Below are positions 31,719 through 49,572 of a DNA stretch of 64,000 nucleotides, piece after piece. Position numbers and translations under genes: made by a program. A model generated the notes under the pieces. That model was given only the letters and a program-made list of their open reading frames with translations, ran no database searches and was not told the origin of the DNA. Every line of letters starts with the position of its first letter. Positions within the stretch are counted from its first letter, which is position 1. The DNA comes from Amoebidium appalachense (Eukaryota > Protista > Ichthyosporea), in contig CAVNZM010000014.1 in assembly GCA_963693365.1 (NCBI GenBank), positions 5,456,001 to 5,520,000 of the forward strand, in the 5' to 3' direction.

Positions 31719-32556
31719 TGCTTGCCATCAAGGCCAACACTACCACTGTTGGTGCCGATGCTCGGGAGGTGATGGACTATCTGCGCAACACCCTCAGGAG
31801 GCCGGCCACGGAGGCACAAGTCATGTACGTGCCCCTTTCCCCCCCCCCCCCCCCTCCTCCTTCCCTCCTCCCCCTTCCCCCCTTCCCCCCCCCCCCCCCC
31901 AGGGGGCCCCGCCCGCCTGCCTGCCCACCAAATAGCCACGCACGTACGTAGACACATGCATGCACACACCTACACACAACACACACATACCAACACACGT
32001 ACAGAGAGAGATACGGCACACGTATGCACATGCACACACACGCTCACACGCTCACACACATGCAGACAAGCACATGCACCCACACACACACACACACACA
32101 CACACTGCCCGGTCTTGTTGTGTCTCTGCCCCTGTGCATCCATACACACACCACACACACAAGACAACCTCCACCTTCGCCTGCCCCATTACCACCCATC
32201 CACCCACGTACCTACATGCTCCTGCTCGTATCGAAATTTATCACGAACTCTTGCAAGCATAATCGGAGAACGGAATATGTTTTGTGATTTGAGGTTTTGG
32301 TTGAGGAAGGGGAAGGGAGATGGGGGAACGGGGCAAAGGGGGGCGAGGGGGGGGGGGGGGGGGGGGGAGGGGGGGGGTACAACTAGTATGTAAATTAGTG
32401 TAGAGAGTAATACCGATGCTTCAAATATTAGTAGTAGCTGGCAGCACACACTAACCGAGACTATCTCCACACAGTCAAACGATGGAGTGGCTCAGCAGTG
32501 AGGGGCACATCTACTCGACGGTTGACGAGACACACTTTAAGCCTACGGACGAATAG
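27853..32556 (+). CDS. RPA2: Replication protein A 32 kDa subunit (OB fold plus C-terminal winged helix)
   Basis: Exons 27853-27861, 28175-28345, 28693-28841, 29598-29757, 31005-31166, 31715-31824, 32475-32556 (TAG). Peptides [72 protein letters not shown]. Confidence 0.96.
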
Positions 32557-33163
32557 GAGTGTGCACGTGCATACGAACACACAGACACACACACACACGT
32601 ACGTAATAGACAGGTGTACGCACCCGCTGGTGTGCATACACACACTTGTGCGCACGCCACACACTTTTTTTGCACACACCCACACAGGCACACACGCACA
32701 CACACAAACACAGACACGTTAGTATTATGTGTAGGTGCACCCACAAGTACAAACACGCTGACATGATACAGACATGTAGCATATCAACATCCGCACACAT
32801 GCAGACACAAGGAACAGCAATGTGCACAAGCGTGTGTGTGCACTTTAAGCCGTGCTCGGTATGATAACTGCTGTGTGGCACACGTTAGCGTATACTTGCC
32901 CTTATGAACATGATGAGCTATTAAAGAAACAGTTGGAGCTATTGTTATTCATAGGAGGGATATTGTTATACTCCTATTTTACTAGGTCTAGGTTTGCATG
33001 CTACCATATTTAGTCAGCTCTGCTGCTAGCTCATCAATAATATGCACGTCTATTACCCCATACATGGTCACCACAAGGTGAAATTTGACAAAAATCTTAT
33101 AGTGCCGGTCACTTCTAGCCTGATACCTTTAAATGAGGGTACCCCCCCCCCCCCCCCCCCCCC

Positions 33164-33238
<75 letters not shown>

Positions 33239-34809
33239 GGAAAAAAAAAAAAGGAAAAAAGCACGGTACCGCACTGAGATTCTCACACACAAACTTACAC
33301 CGAGTCACTCCTCTCTCACTCTCCTTCCTCTCTCTGACACACACGCACATGCGTACACAAGCACAAATAGGCACACTTCCACACACACACACACACACAC
33401 ACAACGCACGTACACATGGGTACGGCACACACACACGTGTACGTAGTCGGAGCACAGCACACACGCTCCTTGGGTGAGATTCCGGCGACTACATTCACGC
33501 ACTGAGGTGCACGGCTGTCTCGAAGAATCTAATTTAAGTGTTCTATTTTTAGTAACATTCAACATTCTCGGTAGCATCACTAGCCCGGCTCTGTCGTCAC
33601 GCTCAAGCTTCACGCAACCCAGTCAGTCGTTTTGCCTCAAAAAATCTGCAACATGAACAACTCTGCTTGTCTCCAGAGTTAAGACCTATAATCGAAATAA
33701 CGAGGAAGCGCACTGTGGTGTACCGTTTCCCCCTAGCCAACCATGGCATTGTACTGGCGGCCAAAAAGTTGAAATGCATGATGTGTTTGTGTAATTGTGC
33801 ACAGCCAGCCAGTAAATCAGTCATTAGTAATGCCTTTACTAAAATGCTGTAGAATTGCTACGTAGGGGCTCCCTTTCGTAAAAACGGTTTCTTTCAGTTT
33901 CCTTATCTATATGTGTAGTGTATGGTATGGTTTCTATGCTTCGAGGACAGAGACACCGCAATCCCCACAAACAAGTCAAAACGAACAAGGAATTTTAATG
34001 TAATCGTCACTCATCCCTCAAGAACCCTCTTTTTGTTAACCACGTTTTTAACACCGTTATTCGGTGTATTTCATTCAAAAAAAATAATAACAACAAGCCT
34101 TTGGGACACACAGTCCAACATCTTTTCATGTTATACGCTGCCGGCTCTTCTTTTTCGGAGTCAGGTATGAATCTGCTCCTGTTACCTTATTGATCATTTT
34201 GGGGCATGTTGAACTTCCCCCCCCCCCCCCCCCCCTCCCCCCTCCCCCCCCCCCCCCCCCTCCTCCTCTCCCCCCCTCCCCCCCCCCCCCCTGTATATCC
34301 CCCTTTGTAGACTCCTAGCTATATAGAAAGCTGAGTGGAAAATTGCTACTGTAATAGTATGGCGGTGCTTTTGTGAGAGATGAGTGCTTCTTCCGTCCCG
34401 GACGAGCATATGCAGCGAGAAATGTGGGAGTGTGCACGTCTGCTCTGTGTTCAGCAAGCATGTGTGCCCATGTTTTCTGTCTCCTTGAGCTTAGTTTGGG
34501 GGGAGGGAGGGGGAGGGGGGGGGAGGGGGGGGGGGCGTTAGGGAGAAGGTATGTTAAGGAAGAGGGTTGGGATGGTGTGTGCTTGTTTCAAATCGTCACC
34601 TTTGTCCAGGGGTATGTGTCTTGACTACCACTTGCTTGGCAGATTTATAGTAGTGGAAGTTGTGTTTATGTATAACGAAGCCCACACGTGGCTCTCTCTC
34701 TCTCTCCCCCCCTCCTCCTCCCCCTCCCGCCGTCTCCCCCCCGCCCCCCTCCCCCCGCCCTCTCTCTCTTCCCCCTCCCCACCCTCTCTCTCCATCTTTC
34801 TCTCTCTCT

Positions 34810-34893
<84 letters not shown>

Positions 34894-35065
34894 CTCCCAC
34901 CCTCCCACCCTCCCTCCCTCCCTCTCTCTCTCGCTCTCCCCTCCCCCCCCCCCCCCCCCCCCCCCGGCCCTTTCCTCTTCCGCCCCCTCCTCTCTCTCTC
35001 TCTCTCTCTCACTCTCACTCTCTCTCACTCCTTTTCTCTCTCCCCCCCCCCACCCTCTGGCCCCT

Positions 35066-35167
<102 letters not shown>

Positions 35168-35521
35168 TCCTCTCTCCCCCCCCCCCTCTCTCTCTCTCCC
35201 CCCCCCCCCTTCCCCCCCCTTCCCCCCCCCCCCCCCCCCCGCCCTTCCCCCCGTCTCTCTTTCTCACCCTCTTCCCCTTTCTCACCCTACCCTCTCTTCC
35301 CGTGCTTATTTGCTCTTACACTATTCTTCCATTCATAGACCTTATCTGGACTTTTTTTTTTGGTTTTTTTTTGGGGGTTTTTTTTTTTGGTTTCTGGTTT
35401 TTGTATTTTCGTGACGCTTTGTACTTTGTCTCCATTTCCAGAAGTACCACCCTCTAATGCATACATGACCCCCCTCCTCTCTCCCTCCCCCCCCCCCCCC
35501 CCCCCCCCCCCCTCCCCCTCC

Positions 35522-36127
35522 TGACTTGGGCCCTCCCTGAGGATGGGCTCTGCTTATGACGCATACTGTGCGCATGGCTGATGCTGCATACTTGAATGTT
35601 TGCCTTTGCATGTGTCCTGCACCATGCTTCTCATCGTGTATGCGTACTTCGTACTGTGTTCCGCATTCAAACCCCCCCTGTCTTCTTTCAGAGGTGTCCT
35701 TTCAGGACAGACCACTGTGTGGAGACATCTTTACTTCCATGCAACCGGGCATGGTTGCTCTGTGTCGTGCATCTGTAAGCACACGCGTTTGTCGCTGCAT
35801 TGCATTAGTTTGCACACACATCTTCACCGTTTTGCTCACCTTGCTTGCATAAGCAACCCTGCTCGTCTTTGATCAAGACGGGTTGACCCTCCCAAGTTCA
35901 GTTGATGCTGCTGTCTGAGTTGGAGCGTCGTATATACGCGGGCTAAGGGGTCGAAACTCAGACGCAATTGATGACTTGGGCCCTCCCTGAGGATGGGCTC
36001 TGCTTATGACGCATACTGTGCGCATGGCTGATGCTGCATACTTGAATGTTTGCCTTTGCATGTGTCCTGCACCATGCTTCTCATCGTGTATGCGTACTTC
36101 GTACTGTGTTCCGCATTCAAACCCCCC
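35522..36127 (+). mobile_element. 452-bp element, ~1.33 head-to-tail units, in poly-C
   Basis: Starts at TGACTTGGG (a different 5' point), passes once around the unit and ends CATTCAAA-(C)n. Overlapping parts of the two units share diagnostic variants (GGGCCC, GATGCTGC, CTCATCG). Confidence 0.88.
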
Positions 36128-36474
36128 TCCCCCCTCCCCCCCTCCCCCCCCCCCCCCCCCCCCCACCGACCCACCCACCCCCCACCCCTCTTCCCTCCTC
36201 TGGTACGATGGGGGTGTGCATGTTTTATTCCTACTCTGGTCATTTCTTGTTTCTGGTTTCTTGTTGTTGTTTATACGGTGTCGTCTCTTGATATTCCCGT
36301 TTGTGGGTCTGTGGGTCTGTGTGGGAATGGTTGTATATGTGTGTGTCTATATCTGTGTCTATATGTGTGTTTGTGTGTGTGTGTTTTTCTTTCTTTTCTC
36401 CTTCTTCTCTTTTTTGGTTTCTTTTTGTGGGGGAGGGGGGGAGGGCTAGATCTTGCTATATTGCATTGGGTACA

Positions 36475-36513
<39 letters not shown>

Positions 36514-36711
36514 AAAAGAAAGAAAGAAAGAAAGAAAGAAAAGGGCGTAATGCGGAATCTCCCTCTCCTCTCTTGTATTCTGCGTGTTTTTGACTTGCAT
36601 GGGTGCGTGTTTTTTTTATACATTTTTCGTGTATCCCATGTGCAGCCCTTTGTTAAGGGTAGTCTCGAATGCTAACGTTTATGCTTTCTTTAACATCAGA
36701 GGTGGCGCACC

Positions 36712-39438
<2,727 letters not shown>

Positions 39439-39497
39439 TATGCATGCGTGGGTGGGTGGGTGGGTGGGTGATTGGATGGGTGGGTGGGTGGGTGGCA

Positions 39498-39595
<98 letters not shown>

Positions 39596-40166
39596 GAATA
39601 TGATGGCTTGATTGGTTGGTTGTATTTCTTCTTGATTTAGAATTTAATCTTTATAACTTATTTATCCGTTTAATCTGATTCTTCAATCTAGTTTTCTTTC
39701 ATTGAAGTGTCTGTAATCAAATGCGCGCAGTGATATGAATTCGGGAGTGTTGATCAGAAAGACTGATGTGATAGTATGTGGGAGATCTTAACTCTTCTAA
39801 TCTACTAAGTAGTTCCATAAAAATGAATCTCTAGTAATAACATGCGATTGGGCGGTTTCTAATTTAAGGGCTGCGAATGATTTTGGGTTTTCTAGCAAGT
39901 AAGCAATTAACAAGGACTTGGACTTTCGTAATAAACGGCAAGGGACCCTCCCCCCTAGCGGATAATAAGTAGTTTAGTGATTTCGCTAATAAAATAACAG
40001 TAAAATAACAGTAATTTGAGACTTTTGTTCTAAATAACAGTAAACCCGGGGTTTTCGTATTAAAGGCATGGTCTAAGCATTGCCCGACGTTGATGTGGTT
40101 TTCTCTTGACTCATACGTGCGGGCTGGTGGCCAACCGTAGGGTGGGTGGGGGAGGATGGGGTGGAT

Positions 40167-40220
<54 letters not shown>

Positions 40221-40595
40221 TACGTGTTGCACGTATTTTTGCACGTTTATGTGTGTGTGTGTCGTCGTTGGGTGGGTGACTGTGTGGGTGGGAATGTGCA
40301 TGCGTGTGTGGTCATATGTGGGTGGGTGGGTGGATCATGCGCGTGTGTGCGTGCTGGTAGGCAGGTTAACGTTAGCGGGTGGTGGGGGAGTGGGTGGGTG
40401 GATGTGTGTGCGCATGCGTGCGTGTGGTGTGGGCTTGGGCGTGGGTTTAAATATGTACACGTGCAAATGTGTGGTGCGTGTATGTACGTGGTTGTATGCA
40501 TATGTATTCATCGAGTTCCACAAAGGGGGAAAGGGGAATGTCTTATGTTATTTTTTGTTTGTTCTTTGTTTTGTTTGGTTTTGGGGGGGGGGGAA

Positions 40596-40640
<45 letters not shown>

Positions 40641-40659
40641 GGAGAGGGGGGAAGACCCT

Positions 40660-40690
<31 letters not shown>

Positions 40691-41177
40691 TCACGTGTGT
40701 GTGGGTGTGTATTCGAACGTTTTGTGAATGTACATGTCATAGAATTCTTGAGTGTTATACCTGGATGAAAGATTACATTTGGCATGCGGTGAATGTTTAC
40801 GCCTATTTGGGGGATAGGGGCACAAAAATAAGTAACCACAATTAAGCACATGTGAAGGTGTCTTTCCTAATGAGGTATTAGCTACTTCCCCTCAGCAGCT
40901 ATTGCAATGACCTTAAAATGTTTTTTATATCGGTGTGCCGCGCAAGTTCGGTACGAGCCCTCCCCTCCATCCCCCATTTTCGCTCCTCTCCCTGTGTAAC
41001 CGAGCGAATTGACTCCTTTTCCCATATGCCATGGGCTGCTTATTTGTGAACATCGCAGTATAATTTTTGCTATCGGATCAGTGCTGGCTTAGTTGTCAAT
41101 GAACGGAGTAGCCATATGAAGGTTGGAGGTGGAAGTCTGCCGTCTGGTGGTGGGGGCCTCGAGGAGAGAGGGAAGGG

Positions 41178-41219
<42 letters not shown>

Positions 41220-41299
41220 TGCCCCTTTACAGCTACTATACATCCTTTTCATGTCTTTGTTTACATGTGCACATAATGTAAACACACAAAACAAATTAC

Positions 41300-41633
41300 A
41301 TAATCCGGGAAAACTTCGAGGAACAGGCATATGATTCATCTTGGAGGTACATCGACGGTAGCTGGTACCAGGTTGAGTAACGGTCAAACAAGTTCGACAT
41401 TTGAACAAAAAATCCATGGGGGGGGAAAAAATCAAAATCAAAACAAACCCTATCTTCTTTTCAGAACATTCATTTTCATTTTCAAAATTCTCAAGTTTTG
41501 GGCGCACGTTTCTGCCGTCCTCTGATCCGGGCTCGGTAGTAGGTTCAATATCGTGTGTTCTCCTGTGTCACGGTGATCGAATTAAAGTTAGTGCTTTTAT
41601 ACCATGCCCAGATGACACATCCGAAATTTCTTC

Positions 41634-41678
<45 letters not shown>

Positions 41679-41826
41679 ATCCCCCTGCTCCCCACCCGTG
41701 TGCATGTTTCGAAGTGCCTTGGGGAGGAGCAGCACCTGTGACAAGCGTGTCCAAGTCCTGAAAAAAATGATTTTTTGCACGTACGGTGGTGGTGGGAAGG
41801 TTCAGAGACCTATGTATTTGTGTTTA

Positions 41827-41913
<87 letters not shown>

Positions 41914-42418
41914 ATGTGTGTGTGTGTGTGTGCGCGTGTGTGCGTGTGTGTGCGTGTGTGTGTGTGGTGCATGTGTGTGTGTGTGCATGTGTGTGTGTGT
42001 GCAAGAGCCCGTGTGCGCGTGTGCGTGTGTGTGCGCGCGTGTATGTGTGTGTTGTGGTTTGGGGGGAAGGAGGGGGGGGAGGGACGGGGGGTTAGGGTTT
42101 ACGGATCACGTACTTTGCACATGAGAGAAGTTTGTTGCCGGTGTACGAAGACTGGTTTGGTGTAATGTCACCATTGTCTAGGACAGGAAACGAATTATTA
42201 TCAGTTTGAGAGAGCATCTTGTGTATTCTGAACGCAGTATTTAGTTCGCAAAGATATGTATTCAGTAATCATGATTCACAAGAGGGCATGTTATTCAATG
42301 TACTACGACTAGTATTCCAATTCGTAAAGAATTGCTAGATGGGTTGATGTTGAGCTTGTGTGGAATCGGCATGTGAGAAGATTCTATTAGGATTCAGTTT
42401 TAGAGATGTACTTGGTTC

Positions 42419-42472
<54 letters not shown>

Positions 42473-42723
42473 GGTGTGTGTGTGGTGTGTGTGTGTTGGT
42501 GGGGGAAGGGGGGGAAGGGGGGGGGGGGGGGGATGTAAACCTTGAGAAGCTTTTTGGGGGGCCGTGGTGGGGTTGCGGGCCAGCCGGCTGCGTTTGGAGG
42601 CGTTCTTGTTGAATGAGATCGTGCTCTGGGAAGGGAAATTTTAGAGGGTTTGTTTCGCAGCAATAATTTACATGGTATGATTATGGTAAAGGTACGTTCA
42701 GAAGAGCGCAGCAACTTTCTCCC

Positions 42724-42754
<31 letters not shown>

Positions 42755-42842
42755 CCCCTTCCTCCAAAAATAAATAAATAAAATAACTATAAAATAAAGG
42801 CACGCGCACGCGCACGCGCGCATACACACTACAGCCCCACAG

Positions 42843-42883
<41 letters not shown>

Positions 42884-43233
42884 GGCCCCGAAAGAAGAAC
42901 ATCAGCTCGTGTAATAACAATTAGTGGTTTCTCTTATTCAAAGTACCTAATTACAAGCACCACGATCTTCGATTAAATAACCACAGCCCCGCCGATTTGA
43001 AACAAATGCATATGGTAGGAAAATGCCAGGTCTACTTTTTTCAAGTAAAATCACAAAATCTGCTTGTGTCTGGACTCTCCGCTCTATTTCACGATGGCGA
43101 GGTGGTTGTAGTGACGGGAGAAGAGAGGCATGTGTGCTCGCACATGTTTGTGTGTGCATTTGTGTGTGCACACATGACCGCATGTGCATGCGCGCCCGCA
43201 TGTCTAAGGACACGTGTGTGTGTGTGTGCGTGT

Positions 43234-43272
<39 letters not shown>

Positions 43273-44087
43273 CGCACACGTGTGTGTGCACGTGTACATG
43301 TGCACTCACACAGCCATGCCCGTGTGTGTGTGTGTACGTGTGTGTGTACGTGTGTGTGTGCATGTGTGTGTGCAAGCAACAGTGAGAGGAGGGAGGGGGA
43401 TGGGGGGAGAGGGAGAGGGGTAGTCCTACATGTGCACACCAGCTGTGCAAGTAGATAATTCGGCCCCAACCCTCCTCCTCCATCAATCTGGTGATTCGAA
43501 TCCGCGCAGACTTGATACAACTCTCGAAATCTGACCCCTCAACCCCCCCAAGAATGCACTCTTTTTCGCCAATAAAACCCCCCCACGGTAAAGATGCCAC
43601 CACTCCGGTATCCACCAGCATATAGTCGCGGCTGCGTATTCCCCCCCTGCAAAACTCGGTCTCAAACGCACGGGGATAAGCTCGGAGGTATTTGTCCATC
43701 ATCTCCGATGGTGCCTGAAAAAATCCCCCAGATCAGAAATTACAACAAGTGTTTTGGCCTGAACTTGCGGTGCTGTCCACTGTCATTCACCGTTATCTTC
43801 TGCCTCCCCCCCCCCTTCCCCCCCCCCCCCCCCACTTCCCCCCCTCCCCCCTCCCTCTCCCTCCCTCCCTCCCTCCCTCCCTCCCTTCCCCTCCCCCCCG
43901 GAGTTCCCCCAAAACCACACACACGTACGGTACACCCATACCACACACTCCAACCCGCCTTACCACCCAGTCGACCTCCCACCAACACTATCTTCGGGGT
44001 TTTTATGCAAATGTAGTTCTAGGAGTGATCTTCATTTGGAAATGGGGAATCCGCGAATGGGCCACAACAGAAGAGTTTCCCACAAAA

Positions 44088-44125
<38 letters not shown>

Positions 44126-44533
44126 GGGGGGTGAGGGGGAGGGGGGGGGGGGGGGGGGGATTGTGGGAACCTCACAAGACAAGGTGTCCAACAGTTTAGC
44201 AAGTGAGTGGCGGGGGAGTCGAGAGAGGGGGTAGGGGGGGGGGGAGGGGGGGGATAAGGGGGGGGGAAAAGGGGGGTTAGGGAGGGGGGGGGGGGGGGGG
44301 GAGGGGGCGGGGGGAGGAGAGGGGGGGGGGGGGGGGGGGGGGCAGGGGGGGGCGGGGACCGAAGGGGAGGGGGGGGAAATACTTACTCCTGCTGTTTTTG
44401 TGAAGATAATAGCCAATCGATTGAGAGCAGCAACCTTTTGCGAGAGTTTGGAGTAGAAGGAGAGGGTGGGGGTGTCGAGAAAGACGTTGAGGAGGGGCAA
44501 CACAACAGCGTCCCAACCACATGTGGATGTGTT

Positions 44534-44614
<81 letters not shown>

Positions 44615-44736
44615 ATGGCGGAGAGGGGAGGGCGGGGGAGGGAATGGTTTAGAAGAACGAGAGGAGGAGTCGAGTGTGGACAGGGGAGGCGGTTAGGGCT
44701 AGGTTAGTTCACAGAACACAGACAGGCACAGGCGCG

Positions 44737-44817
<81 letters not shown>

Positions 44818-45295
44818 CCCCTCCCTCCTTCCATCTCTCAATGTCTGTGTGCAGTGTGTTCGTGTGTAGGTGAGTGCGTGCATGCATGAGTGTGTATTTG
44901 AAAGAAAGAAAATTGAGGAGTGGTGATATAGGTGTTAACACGAGAGGTATGGTCGAAACCATTCACAACGCAACCTGAGGATTTCAAGCAGTCCCCATAT
45001 ACTATTTGGTATCGAAAACCATTGTATGTATTTTGGGGGGGGGGGGGGGGGAGGGGGGGGGGGAGGGGGTGAGGGGAGGAGAAGGGGGGGGGGGGGGGGA
45101 GGGGGGAGGAGGGGGGGAACTCTTACTGGGCAAGCTGAAAATGGGTGGCAAAGAGATTTTTCTGCACAAGTGTTCGGAAGCATGTCTGCCCTGCTTCCGT
45201 CTGTACATCATTGGCGCTCAGAAGATCTCGAATGTCCTTCCTGGCTGCAAGCACCAACCGCTGAAGACTAAAGTGCAGTATCTGCATGGTACGTG

Positions 45296-45388
<93 letters not shown>

Positions 45389-45790
45389 GTGCGTGTGTGT
45401 TTGTCGCTGGTGGGGGGCGGGGGGTTGTGCTTGTGCTTGTGTGCTTGTGTGTGCATGCGCGCGACGGTGTGGTGTATTGCGTGCGTGTGTGTGCTTGGGC
45501 GGGGTGGGGGAGGGGGGGGTTGGGAGGGGGGACAAAGCGGGAAGGTTGGGTGGGGGGGGGGGGGGGGGGGGGGGGGGGGTAAGGAATGTGAACAGACAGC
45601 TATAATTTCGTTCCCATGTTTACTTAGTTGGCCTGCATAGTTTGGGACTGAAATAAATTTCTCAAGAGAGAAGTAGGCAGAAAGAACAGAGGAAGGAGAG
45701 ATACATAGGCCACGAGTGCATGCACGGGTGAGGGTCAAACTAATGAGGGCATGGGTCGTGGAAGTGATCAATGTGGTGAAAGGAGGCAAA

Positions 45791-45847
<57 letters not shown>

Positions 45848-46230
45848 GGGACGTGGAAGTGGGTGGACTCTGGGGGGAGGGAGGAAAAGGAGGAGAAGGA
45901 GGGGGGGGGGGGGGGGGAGGGGGTAGAGGGGGGAGGGAGGGGAGGGGGGAGCGGAGGGGAAGGGGGGACGGGAGGGGAGGATTGACGATTTGGGTTAAAA
46001 GAAGAAGGAAAAGATCAGCTGGGCAAAAGGGGCGGGAGAGGCACAAACAGACAAAACTGAAGGGTGAAGAGCGCCCAGGGGAAGGGGGGGGGGGGGGGGG
46101 GGGGGGGGGAGACAGAGGGGAGGGGGGGAAGAGAGAGGGGGTGGGGAGAAGGGACGTCTCGGGGAGGCCGGGGGGGGGGGGGGGGGGGGGGGAGAGGGAG
46201 AAAGAGCGGGGGGGGGGGGGGGGGGGGGGG

Positions 46231-46270
<40 letters not shown>

Positions 46271-46837
46271 TGCCTCAGGGGGGGGGAGGGGGAGGGGGGT
46301 GGTGATTTTACCTCTGTAGCCCTGACCGGGCGCAGGGACTCTGTGGTGCGCTCAGCACACCTGTGTCTGCCCTGGTCCCGGTACAGGCAGTGGGTGATGC
46401 CGGCACGCTGCAGCAGCTGTGACGTCACGGCATGCACGAGGTTGGCGTTGAGGGGAGAGGGAACCCCGCAGAGGATGAGGTGGCGGGGTTGGATGGTGGA
46501 AAGTTCGAGAAGGGCATGGCTCAGGTAGGCAACCTGATTGGTGGAAAAGGTGGTGAGTTGGGTGACAGAAGAGGGTGTGTGTGTTGGGGTGTGAGAGAGA
46601 GAGGGGGAGGGGGGGGAGAGGGGGACCCGACGAGAGAGAGGGGGGTGGGGGGTGGGGGGTGGGGGGGGGGGGGGGAATGGGGAGGTTGGAAAGGGGAAAG
46701 AAAGTGTCCTTTTTTTTTTTTTTTTTTTTTTAAGGGGAGGGGGGGGGGACGGGAGAGAGAGACAGAGGTAGAGGTAGAGGGAACGGGAAGAGCGTGGGGG
46801 GGAGGGGGGCTAGTTGATTTGCTAGTGGTGGTGGTGG

Positions 46838-46870
<33 letters not shown>

Positions 46871-47081
46871 GGCAAGTGGATGGTGAAGGAGCGATTGAAA
46901 TGAAAGGGAAAAGAGAGATGGTTTTAGTTGTGTATGGGTTTTTATTGGAATGTGAAAATGACGACGGAGGGAGGCTAGGGGGGGGGAGGGGGGATACACC
47001 TTCTGTGGCTTTTCTTCTCTTTTATTTTATTTTGATTCCTATTTTATTTATTTATTTTTATATATATTTATATATTTTTTT

Positions 47082-47115
<34 letters not shown>

Positions 47116-48474
47116 GCAAAACAGACACCTGCCTGTTCCTGTTCCACCACAATCATCACCAAATGGGGAACTTCGAACCCTTCTAACCCCGTAGGAATGA
47201 GTGACAAATGATCTATCCCCGGCTCGTAGCGCCCATTCACAACACAGGGAACAACCGACATGTGGGATGCGGATGTTTTCCTCCAGAAGGTTTTCAGCCA
47301 ATCCCACAGGGGGGATGGGAGTTGGGCGGTCATTTCGATTGGTTTATTTGTAGTGTTGGTGTTGGTGTCGTTTTTGTCGTTGTTGGTATTGGCGGTGACG
47401 GTGGTTTCATACACTCCTTTTGCATATGATTCCTCGTTGTTTGGTTTCGCATTTTCCGCGTTTTGGGTGTTGTTGGGTGGGGTGTCAATGGCGTTTGAGA
47501 TTGGGTTCGACACAACCGCTGGCGTTTTCTCGAATATTTTCACGGTGGGAATAGTGCCCCATGCGGAGGGGGTCCATGTAGAGTCTACCGTTGAAATTTC
47601 AAGGTTGATGGGTGGTGGTGGGGTGGTCACGGGTGGGTACTTGGCCTTGAAGCTTGGTAGTGCCTGTATGTAATTTGTGTGGTTAGGGGTTTTTTCCCTG
47701 ATGTATTAGATTTGCATGTGCGAGTGTGTGGTGGCGGCGGCGGAATGGGGAGAGAGTAGGGAGGGTAGTTATGAGAGGCGGCAGGGGGGGGCGGGGGGGG
47801 GGGGGGGGGGGGAGGGGGGAGGGGAGGGGAGGGGCAGGGGAGTGGAGGGACGGTAAAGGATTGGGAGAGGGGAGGGGCGGGGGGGGGGGGGGGGGGGGGG
47901 GGGGAACTTGATCGCATGTACGTGTGTGTGGTGATGGCGGCGGAAAGGGAAGAGAGTAGGAAGCGGGGTGGTGGTGGTGGTGGTGGTGGTGGTGGTTGGG
48001 GGGGGGGGGGGGAGTACAAACATGAAAGAAACGAACAGGTTTGACCAAGTCAAGCATGTGGACATGTGTGCACATGATTGAACTTCTTGTTATGGTGGTG
48101 TGTGGGGAAACGGTTAATAATCGACGGAATGGTGTGGCTCTTCATCGTCTTTTTGTTCTTAACTTTATTTTTCTTTCCGAAAGTTCTTTTCGTTTTTCCG
48201 GTTTTTTTTTCTTTCTTTCTTATTTTTTTGCCTTTTTTGGGAGGGAAGAGTGGGGGGGGGGGGGGGGGGGGGGGGGGGGTGTTTGGTAAGGTGGTGGTGG
48301 GGTGGATGGTGGGGATGGGGGGGGGGGGGGGGGGGGTAGGAGGGGAAGGGGGGAAAGGAGGGGGTGTTCATTACATCCAAACATAGACGAATTGCATCCG
48401 GATGTATTTCGGACACATCACTGTTGATGGAAAGGGCGCCTCTGCCGTGGCTGTCATTAGTCACCGTCTGCAAT

Positions 48475-48543
<69 letters not shown>

Positions 48544-49527
48544 CGCGCGCACGGGTGAACGCGCATGCTTGCACAACGCTCACGTGTATGGGCAAGCGTG
48601 CACATGTGAATGTGTATGTTTAAGGAGAGTAAGGTGGAGAGAATAGGTTAGAGATTTCATTGTCTTATATATATGGCATATTCGAGAGATCAGGGGAATC
48701 GATGATGTAAACTGCGAGATAGAGGGTGCGCAAGAGAAAGAATTCTAAGTCACATCCATGAGGAAAAGGCATTTATTCTTCTTTTGTTTTTCTCCCGCGA
48801 AGGGCGGGGGGGAGGGGGGGGCGGGGGAGGGAGGGAGAGGGAGGGTGGGAGGGTGGGTGGGTGGGTGGGTGGGATGGAGGGAGGGTGGGGGGGGTGTGGG
48901 GGGGGGGGAAGAGCGGGGGGAGGGAGGGAGGGGTGGAGGGAGGGAGGGAGGGGGGGGGAGAGCGGGGGAGGGAGTGAGGGGTGGAGGAAGGGAGGGAGCG
49001 AGGGGTCGAAGGAGGGGTGGAGGGAGGGAGATGCAGGGATGGAGCAGGTTATGACACGTGATATGTGGTATCTCCTTGTTTGAATCTCACCAATGTCTCC
49101 CTCTTTCCCTCCCTCCCTCTCTCCCTCTCCCCCTCGCACTTTCCTCCCCCTCCGTCTCTCCCCTCGCCCCCTCTGGTCTCACTCCCTCTGAACCTCTCCC
49201 CCTACCTCCCTCCCCCACCCCACCTCCTGTCCTTCTCCCTCCCTCTCCATCTCTCTCTCTCTCCTCACTCCCTCTCAGATGCTCCCTTTCCCACCTCCCC
49301 ACCTTCCCCCCTCTCTCTCCCCCCCCCCTCCCCCCTCCCCCCCCCCCCCCCCCCCTCTGTCTCTCTCTCCCTCTCCCCACCCTCGACTACCCCCCCTATA
49401 ATCACATAATACAGCCTAATTCGAAATATATACATACATATACACTAATTATATTTACACTATATTTACATATATCACATACACACACACACACACACAC
49501 CCACACACACGCGCGCGCACACGCACG

Positions 49528-49572
<45 letters not shown>

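Noticed and set aside
45120-45290. Plus-strand frame [15 protein letters not shown].. as a separate exon
   Set aside because: The minus strand gives a phase-consistent exon of the GTPase gene with canonical splice sites.
47260-47673. Hydrophobic plus-strand ORF resembling a membrane protein
   Set aside because: It is the antisense shadow of the Thr/Asn-rich minus-strand exon.
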